Positions 57,387-64,000 of a stretch of 64,000 nucleotides of DNA are shown piece after piece. The first letter of the stretch is position 1, and each line of letters starts with the position of its first letter. The notes under the pieces were generated by a model, which searched no databases, was not told the origin of the DNA, and was given only the letters and a program-made list of their open reading frames with translations. A program made the position numbers and the translations under genes. The DNA comes from Candidatus Vogelbacteria bacterium RIFOXYD1_FULL_46_19 (GTDB lineage Bacteria > Patescibacteriota > Minisyncoccia > Phycocordibacterales > XYD1-FULL-46-19), in assembly GCA_001824825.1 (NCBI GenBank), contig MHTK01000006.1, forward strand, positions 57,051 to 121,050, written 5' to 3'.

Positions 57387-57537
57387 ACCCCCTCCCTAAT
57401 CACCAATTACAGCACATCTGTCCCTATCCAAGGTTTAACCTTGGACTCCATTATTACACCACACCAACCACCATCCTGAAGTTTAACTTCGGGATGGGAG
57501 GGAGGGTGGTGTAATATTGCTTATTGGCGTGCCAGAA

Positions 57538-57668
57538 TACCCCGAGGCTTTGCCTCGGGGATAGGAGGCACTAACGACAGGAACGGCGGAGCCGTTTCTT
57601 CTACCAAAAAACCAGCCCTGGTGCCTTCGCCTAATATCCCGCCCCTTTGCCTCGGGGATAGGACGAAG
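57538..57668. mobile_element. Possible non-autonomous IS200/IS605-like remnant
   Basis: Hairpin CCCCGAGGC-ttt-GCCTCGGGG; 19-bp direct repeat CTTTGCCTCGGGGATAGGA at 57548 and 57645. Confidence 0.45.
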
Positions 57669-57675
57669 AACTGGT

Positions 57676-59139
57676 TTATTGGTTATCTTTAGGACGAACC
57701 AGTGGAAAAATTTGAGTTTCGCGAATGGACTTACCGGCCAAATAAGAAAATAGACGCTCACCGAAACCAAAACCGAAGGCCGGGGGCATCCCATGTTCAA
57801 GCATTTCGACGAAATCCGAATCCGGCATCATCGCTTCCTTATCCCCGCCCGCCAAGAGTTCCTGCTGGACTCTAAATCGTTCCGCTTGATCCGCGGGGTC
57901 ATTAAGTTCAGCGTGAGCTCGGCCAAGTTCACTACCAGCCAGTATCACCTGACAGGTTAAAGTCAACCGCGAATCCTCTGGATGTTCTTTTGACAAAGGT
58001 GCCACCAGCTTCGGATGATTCACTAAGAAAGCCGGCCCACTTATTTGCTTGCGGCAAAATTTCCACAAGCTATCCGCGAGCCGTTCCCGATTCTCACCCT
58101 CGTAAGTTACCCCCAGTTCGGTTAACTTGGCTTTTAAAGCACTTTCACTAGCTTCTAAAACATTTATCCCGAGCATTTTTTCAATCGTCTTAACATAGTC
58201 GAGTTCTTCCCAGTCGGCCGCTAGATCGAAGTTATGACCCTTTACTTCAAAACTAGTTCGTCCAAAAACGTTCTGAGCCAAAGTTCGATACAGCTCTTGA
58301 ATTAATTTTTTACCATTAGCAAAAGACAAATACGCGGCGTAGAATTCAATGTTAGTAAATTCTTGCAAGTGTTCAGGGCTACTACCTTCGTTCCGATACA
58401 CCCGCCCGATTTCAAAAGTTTTTGGAAAGCCGGCGGCGAGTAATCGTTTCTGCCACAATTCACCCACCGAGATCCGCAAAAAAACATCCAGATCAAAATC
58501 GTCATGATGAGTTTTAAACGGATTAGCTTCTGCCCCACCAGTGGAAAGTTCTAAGGTTGGAGTTTCCACTTCCAAGAATCCACGCTGTTTTAAGAAAGAA
58601 CGCACTTCGTCCCAAAAGCGGGCTTTCAATACAAAAAGGTCACGCGTCTCCTCATTCATTAAAATGTCTAGATAGCGCTTCCGAAACCGAGCATCATCAT
58701 CAGTCAAGCCGTGCCACTTATCTGGTAGCGGCAGTAGAGTTTTGACGAGCATCCGCCAGTCAGCCACCGCCAAAGTTTTTTCTCCACGCTCAGTAATAAA
58801 CAAGCTCCCACCCAGTTCAATAAAGTCGCCCAAATCCACCGTATCTTTAAACAAATTAAAGGCCTCCCCATCTAAGGCATCACTTTTTAATAAGCCCTGC
58901 AGACGAGCCGACCCATCATCTAAATCAATAAACACCACCGCTCCCTGACCACGAATAGCCCGTACTCGCCCCGCCAGTCGCACCTCCGCCCCTATTTCTA
59001 CCAAGTGATCCCAGTCAGCCACAATGGAGGCTAAATCCCCTGTTCGCTCGACAGTAGCCGGATAAACTTCCTGACCAGCGGCTTTCAACAAACCGAGTTT
59101 TCTCTCGCGTTCGACTCTTATTTCGTCTAAGGAAGCCAT
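57676..59139 (-). CDS. lysS: Lysine--tRNA ligase (class II)
   Basis: PLPDKWHGL, RKRYLD, EVETP, GGAEANPF, YRNEG, GMPP. Confidence 0.97.
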   Translation of the reverse strand: MASLDEIRVERERKLGLLKAAGQEVYPATVERTGDLASIVADWDHLVEIGAEVRLAGRVRAIRGQGAVVFIDLDDGSARLQGLLKSDALDGEAFNLFKDTVDLGDFIELGGSLFITERGEKTLAVADWRMLVKTLLPLPDKWHGLTDDDARFRKRYLDILMNEETRDLFVLKARFWDEVRSFLKQRGFLEVETPTLELSTGGAEANPFKTHHDDFDLDVFLRISVGELWQKRLLAAGFPKTFEIGRVYRNEGSSPEHLQEFTNIEFYAAYLSFANGKKLIQELYRTLAQNVFGRTSFEVKGHNFDLAADWEELDYVKTIEKMLGINVLEASESALKAKLTELGVTYEGENRERLADSLWKFCRKQISGPAFLVNHPKLVAPLSKEHPEDSRLTLTCQVILAGSELGRAHAELNDPADQAERFRVQQELLAGGDKEAMMPDSDFVEMLEHGMPPAFGFGFGERLFSYLAGKSIRETQIFPLVRPKDNQ

Positions 59140-59156
59140 AGGACTAAAATTTAAAA

Positions 59157-59624
59157 CTATTTGATATCGATAATAGAGTACTTAACCTTGCCCCGAGGAG
59201 TTGTCACTTCTACCTCCTCCCCTTTTTTCTTATCTAAAAGAGCCAAGCCGAGAGGTGAATGATGAGACACCTTACCCTCTAGGGTATTAGCTTCTTCCGA
59301 ACCGACAATTATGTATTTTGACTCCGCCCCGCCATCTTTTTTAACCACCACTGTCGAACCAATCGACACCTTACCTTTGGGAGTGACGCCGGAAATGATA
59401 ATGGCCGACTTAAGAATTTGTTCAATTTCGCTAATCCGACTTTCAATATCCGCCTGTTTATCACGAGCTTCGTGATACTCGGCATTTTCGGATAGGTCAC
59501 CCAAGGACTTGGCATACTCCAACTGCTCAGCAATGTGCTTACGCTCGACCATTTTTAAGTGATTTAACTCATCATTTAACTCATCATGTTTTTCTTGACT
59601 TAAATAGGCAGCGGTATTGTTCAT
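59157..59624 (-). CDS. greA: Transcription elongation factor GreA
   Basis: GDLSENAEY, SPLGLALL. Confidence 0.97.
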   Translation of the reverse strand: MNNTAAYLSQEKHDELNDELNHLKMVERKHIAEQLEYAKSLGDLSENAEYHEARDKQADIESRISEIEQILKSAIIISGVTPKGKVSIGSTVVVKKDGGAESKYIIVGSEEANTLEGKVSHHSPLGLALLDKKKGEEVEVTTPRGKVKYSIIDIK

Positions 59625-59698
59625 AAACGAATATTAGCTCGATTAAAAGTACGGCTAGTATAACTTAAGCGGCAGCTAAAAGGCAAGATAACTTATCT

Positions 59699-61378
59699 TC
59701 AGTTCAAATACTCCGGGGTGTAAATAGCCATCCAGTCTATAAGCCGCCGCATCACTACCCCGCCCCCAGCGGAAACACCCCGGGGGCCCTGCTCCATCAC
59801 AACCACAAAAGCGTAACGGGGGCGCCCGTAGGGAAAGTAGCCACTGATCCAGGCATTCACATAGCGTTTACTGGCATCCACTTCGGCCGTACCCGACTTG
59901 GCCGCCACTTCCACGGCCGGAGAATTTAAAACCAAAGCGGTACCGTTTGTCACCGTTTGTCTCATCGCTTCTTGAATGACTTTAAAATGAGTAGCTGAAA
60001 AATTGGATTGATTAATCACTTTAGGTTCTGCTCGCGCTACCAAAGTCGGTTGTAATAAACGACCGTTATTGGCTAGATAAGAGACCGCTCGCGCTACTTG
60101 AAGCGGGGTAACTAAATACCCGTACTGACCAATCGAGGTATGGTAAGTATCACCCAGGCGCCACGGCTCACCATTAAAAGTTTTAGCCTTCCACTCGGGA
60201 TTAGGAATCACCCCCGCTGCCTCCACATTCAGTTCGATACCGGTCGGGGCTCCAAAACCGGCCAACCGGGAATACTTTTCAATTCTACTAATACCCAAAC
60301 CAGGCTGGCCACCGGCGCCACCACCAATGGTATAAAAATAAACGTTAGATGACACCGCGAGAGCCCGGCGCAAGTCAACTGCGCCATGAGCCTTATTATC
60401 ATTAAAAATACTCGGTTGATCAGGGAAATATGGATTGGGTACCACCAAGCGGCCACTGCTATAAATAGTTTTAGTCGGGCTAATGATATTTTCCACCAAA
60501 GCCGCTAAACCTAAATAAGGCTTAATGGTCGAACCTGGACTATATAACCCCGACACCACCCGGTTTAGGAATGGGTTGTCTGGATTGGTGACATACTCGT
60601 TAATTAAAACTCGGTTTTTACCAGCGGCCATCACATTCATATCAAACTCCGGAAAACTAACTAAACTTAAAACCTCACCGGTTTCAACATCCATCAACAC
60701 GGCTGCCCCACCCTTAAAGCCATTATTAGTCGCCACTTCACTAATAATCTCATAAAGTTTAGCTTGAACGCGGGCGTCGATAGATAAAGTGATACTTTCC
60801 CCCGGTGTGGGTACCTTCGATACATGATCCGATTCCACTCGGCCGCTAGCATCCACCTCTTCAATTCGCACCCCTCGCTCACCCATCAATATAGAATTAA
60901 AAGTATTTTCCACGCCATTCTTGCCAATATACTCTTTGGGATTAAAATCCCCGTCTTTAAGTTCCAACTCATTCGGATAGCCGATATAACCTAAAACATG
61001 AGCAAAGCCACCGCTCTCTATATACTCGCGTTTGGGATTATTCCAAGCCAAGGCTTCCCCGGTGCGATCATAAATAATGCCACGGTCAGCAAAAACTAAA
61101 GTGTGTCGCAAACGATTCTGATTACTTCTAGTGGCATAGTCTTTACCTTCTACCACTTGAATAAAGCCAATCCGGCCGGCAAAAACTAAGCAAATAATCA
61201 AAAAAGTACCAATAGTGCCCCAAATAGCCTGTTTGGAAATGGGCTTTTCTATTCGGCCCTCAAATTGCTGGTTATCAAAGGAAGGTAGGTTGCGCGAGTC
61301 TAAAAAAATCTCATCAAGATCCAAAGTGATCCGACTAGATTGTCGTCGCCAATTGAGATAGTCAAATATTTTTCCCAT
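59699..61378 (-). CDS. mrdA: Class B PBP, elongation-specific (PBP2)
   Basis: PGSTIK, SSN, KSGTAE; follows mreBC. Confidence 0.9.
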   Translation of the reverse strand: MGKIFDYLNWRRQSSRITLDLDEIFLDSRNLPSFDNQQFEGRIEKPISKQAIWGTIGTFLIICLVFAGRIGFIQVVEGKDYATRSNQNRLRHTLVFADRGIIYDRTGEALAWNNPKREYIESGGFAHVLGYIGYPNELELKDGDFNPKEYIGKNGVENTFNSILMGERGVRIEEVDASGRVESDHVSKVPTPGESITLSIDARVQAKLYEIISEVATNNGFKGGAAVLMDVETGEVLSLVSFPEFDMNVMAAGKNRVLINEYVTNPDNPFLNRVVSGLYSPGSTIKPYLGLAALVENIISPTKTIYSSGRLVVPNPYFPDQPSIFNDNKAHGAVDLRRALAVSSNVYFYTIGGGAGGQPGLGISRIEKYSRLAGFGAPTGIELNVEAAGVIPNPEWKAKTFNGEPWRLGDTYHTSIGQYGYLVTPLQVARAVSYLANNGRLLQPTLVARAEPKVINQSNFSATHFKVIQEAMRQTVTNGTALVLNSPAVEVAAKSGTAEVDASKRYVNAWISGYFPYGRPRYAFVVVMEQGPRGVSAGGGVVMRRLIDWMAIYTPEYLN

Positions 61379-61380
61379 GC

Positions 61381-61647
61381 CTAATCATTATAAATGATTA
61401 GGCGCTCTCTGACTAAATCACCGATTAAAAAGCTACCCGCCACCGCCACCGTTCCAAACAAGGCTGGCAGCTCCCAGCCCCCCACTGTCATAGTTCCTAA
61501 AAACAACTCTAGAAAAAGGACGGCCACTAAACCTTCAAAATACCAAGCAAAAAAAAGGGCTCCCACTATGGCTAAAATCACCACCCAAAGTCCCGGTAGC
61601 CAAAACCAAGCCGCCAAAAAAATGAGATTAAAAATTATTCGACTCAT
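61381..61647 (-). CDS. Small hydrophobic protein in the mreD position
   Basis: 88 aa, almost fully hydrophobic, between mreC and mrdA. Confidence 0.5.
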   Translation of the reverse strand: MSRIIFNLIFLAAWFWLPGLWVVILAIVGALFFAWYFEGLVAVLFLELFLGTMTVGGWELPALFGTVAVAGSFLIGDLVRERLIIYND

Positions 61648-62482
61648 TATAAATAGACACGAAGCGTAAAGTATAAATGTTTAGCGGGGGCTTGATATAA
61701 ATTTGCTGGAACGGGGTTTGTTCATTACTCTCAACTCCACCCACCACTCCTAAAACATACTCGCGGTTACCTACCACAGTGCGGACAATATCATTATGAA
61801 CCACTTTTACTCCAGCCGGTACGGACACTAAGAAATTGCCGCCACCCCGACCAGTTGCTACCGCCGGTACATTATCCGATCCGATCATCACTCTGGTCTG
61901 ACGTCCAGCCGATGAATAGAGGCGCGCCAAGGACGATCGGCTGCCGATTTGTACAATTTCACCTAACAACACTCCACCCTCGACTAAAACCGGATCGCCC
62001 AAATCAAGCGATAAGCCTGCGCCCAAATTCTCTCGCCCCAGATCTAACATAAAAGTGTCGTAACCAAGGTAACCAGCATGAGCCAATACTTTAGCGACCA
62101 ACATCCTCTCTACCCCCTCCGATTGGCCGCGACCTAGACTTTGCTCTAAAGCCAACAGTTCCTCTTGTTTAGCTGACAGTAGAGTTAGAGCCGCTGCCGC
62201 TTGACCCAACTCCTTCCGCAAAGCTTCATTTTCCGCCAGTAGCTTGGCCCGGTTGGATAAAAAGCCAAAATTATCAGCCAAGCCAAAAAAGACCGAAGCG
62301 GAACCACTCCTTACGGGACCAACGACTGCTAGTGTCGGTCCAGAGAGAAATCTGACCAACAAACCTCCCCCCAGTAAAAGTACGATAATCACTAAAGACC
62401 ATAAAGCCTTACTAAGACCCGACAGTGGACGACGATGATTGGAATAAACAGTTTTTTTATCGAGGAGGTAATTCATCTTCAT
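61628..62482 (-). CDS. mreC: Rod shape-determining protein MreC
   Basis: TM, coiled coil (LAENEALR), beta domain; follows mreB. Confidence 0.85.
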   Translation of the reverse strand: MKMNYLLDKKTVYSNHRRPLSGLSKALWSLVIIVLLLGGGLLVRFLSGPTLAVVGPVRSGSASVFFGLADNFGFLSNRAKLLAENEALRKELGQAAAALTLLSAKQEELLALEQSLGRGQSEGVERMLVAKVLAHAGYLGYDTFMLDLGRENLGAGLSLDLGDPVLVEGGVLLGEIVQIGSRSSLARLYSSAGRQTRVMIGSDNVPAVATGRGGGNFLVSVPAGVKVVHNDIVRTVVGNREYVLGVVGGVESNEQTPFQQIYIKPPLNIYTLRFVSIYNESNNF

Positions 62483-63515
62483 TGTCTATTAAAATATCTC
62501 GGTAACGCTCAATATCTTCTAATACGATTCCCGCCCCACGCACCACTGAAGTATGAGGCTCATCAACTAAGTGAATCGGGATGCGAATTTCTCTTTCCAA
62601 CAAGTCTTTAAGGCCTAAAATTTTAGCTCCCCCTCCGACCAAGACAATACCCCGATGCATAATATCGGACACAATCTCTGGCGGGGTTGACTCCAAAACC
62701 TCCTTAATCGCTTCCAGTAAGTAAGCTACCGAGCCACTAATAGCTTCCATCACATCCGTATCAGTAATAATTACCTCCCGCGGCAAACCAGTCACCAGGT
62801 CACGGCCACGGATGGCATACTCCATTGGTTCCGGCTGCTTAAGCACCGAACCAATAGCCAGTTTGGCTTCTTCGGCCGTCCGTTCACCTAATAATATTTT
62901 AAACTCGTCACGAACATAGCTAATAATATCCTGATTAAGTTTTTCCCCAGCTATGTGTAAATTTTTAGCATTTACTATTCCGCCTAAAGAAATTACCGCA
63001 ATATCGGTAGTACCCCCGCCCACATCGATAACCATATTACCCACCGGATCATAAACTGGTAACCTAATACCAATCGCCGCCGCCATCGGTTCTTCTATAA
63101 TATGTACCTCCCCGGCCCCGGCATTTTTCACGGCGTCACGCACAGCTCGTCTTTCCACATTAGTAATTCCAGACGGCACCCCAATCACTACCCGCGGTCG
63201 AAAAAATTTCTTGGTCACCCCCTGAGCCGCTTTTTTAATAAAATAAGAAATCATTTCTTCAGCGACTTCGAAATTGGAAATCACCCCATTCTCTAGCGGT
63301 TTGACCGCCGTAATGTGAGTCGGAGTCCGACCAATCATCTTACTAGCATCAGTACCCACTGCCACCACCCGCCCGGTTTTTTGATTTAAAGCGACAATCG
63401 ATGGCTCAATAATAACAATGCCACCCCCTCTGACGTAAATCAAAGTACTAGCCGTACCCAAATCAATACCAATGTCATTGGAGACCACATCTTTAAACCG
63501 ATCAAATAGAGCCAT
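62457..63515 (-). CDS. mreB: Rod shape-determining protein MreB
   Basis: IGIDLGT, EPMAAAIG, DVGGGTTD, GGGA. Confidence 0.97.
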   Translation of the reverse strand: MALFDRFKDVVSNDIGIDLGTASTLIYVRGGGIVIIEPSIVALNQKTGRVVAVGTDASKMIGRTPTHITAVKPLENGVISNFEVAEEMISYFIKKAAQGVTKKFFRPRVVIGVPSGITNVERRAVRDAVKNAGAGEVHIIEEPMAAAIGIRLPVYDPVGNMVIDVGGGTTDIAVISLGGIVNAKNLHIAGEKLNQDIISYVRDEFKILLGERTAEEAKLAIGSVLKQPEPMEYAIRGRDLVTGLPREVIITDTDVMEAISGSVAYLLEAIKEVLESTPPEIVSDIMHRGIVLVGGGAKILGLKDLLEREIRIPIHLVDEPHTSVVRGAGIVLEDIERYRDILIDNEDELPPR

Positions 63516-63516
63516 T

Positions 63517-64000
63517 TTATTTAAATTCGGTTATCAACTCGGCAAAAGTTAAGTGTCTGATTTCCGCGGTCTGGCGATTCTTCACTTCCAATTTTCCGGC
63601 CGCCAAGGTTTTTTCACTGACAATCACTCGCAGGGGCATACCCAACAAATCAGCATCACCTAATTTTTCGCCAGCCGGTAAATCCCGATCATCAAATAGG
63701 GCTTCGACTCCAGCCTGACTTAAATCGGCGTAGATCTGGTCGGCCGCTTGTCGCACTGGCTCACTACTGCCCAAAGCAACCAGATGCACCGCAAAAGGAG
63801 CCACTGACGCCGGCCAAACTATTCCGCCATCATCAGCCAACACCTCGACAATCGTACCTAAAAGTCGACTAAGCCCAATACCATAACTGCCCATATAAAT
63901 TGGTTGATCCAAACCGCTTTCATCGCGATATTTCAAACCTAAGGCGTCGGAATACCTATGACCCAAGGGAAAAATATTACCCACCTCAATGGATTTAGCT
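63517..64000 (-). CDS. proS: Proline--tRNA ligase, C-terminal part (truncated by the window)
   Basis: EVGNIF.LG, MGSYGIG.SR, WP.SVAPF, DADLLG. Confidence 0.93.
   Translation of the reverse strand, partial: AKSIEVGNIFPLGHRYSDALGLKYRDESGLDQPIYMGSYGIGLSRLLGTIVEVLADDGGIVWPASVAPFAVHLVALGSSEPVRQAADQIYADLSQAGVEALFDDRDLPAGEKLGDADLLGMPLRVIVSEKTLAAGKLEVKNRQTAEIRHLTFAELITEFK

Noticed and set aside
57483-57800. 105-aa ORF overlapping the lysS end
   Set aside because: It spans repeat hairpins and overlaps lysS out of frame; likely spurious.
2247-63296. Many short ORFs overlapping or antisense to identified genes (e.g. 19469..19987, 39345..39776, 48480..49193)
   Set aside because: Shadow frames of well-supported genes, with no recognisable motifs or RBS.
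1-64000. CRISPR array, cas genes, integrase, intact transposase, reverse transcriptase
   Set aside because: No regularly spaced repeats and no matching protein motifs were seen in the ORF track.

Overview
Chromosomal window of a small-genome bacterium. Gene content and protein families point to Patescibacteria/CPR, Parcubacteria-like (inference). It is mostly housekeeping: infA-rpmJ-rpsMKD-rpoA-rplQ-rplM-rpsI, grpE-dnaK-dnaJ, seven aminoacyl-tRNA synthetases, split dcw and mre clusters, scpAB, dnaB, recR, rmuC and one tRNA-Glu(CTC). No CRISPR array, integrase or intact transposase was seen. The most notable signals are non-coding. (1) Housekeeping genes lack Shine-Dalgarno motifs and several look leaderless, while about nine orphan genes carry strong SD motifs. 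A stand-alone ~235-nt three-hairpin RNA displays anti-SD-like C/U-rich single strands. (2) An atypical T-box riboswitch drives an archaeal-type non-discriminating aspS, followed by a decayed C-terminal remnant of a bacterial-type aspS. (3) Two orphan genes have leaderless uORF/terminator leaders, one upstream of a GNAT acetyltransferase. (4) A tRNA-Glu-adjacent island has a duplicated tRNA 3' end and palindromic direct repeats bracketing one gene. (5) alaS is split at a G7 run. All RNA structures were paired by eye and no database searches were run.
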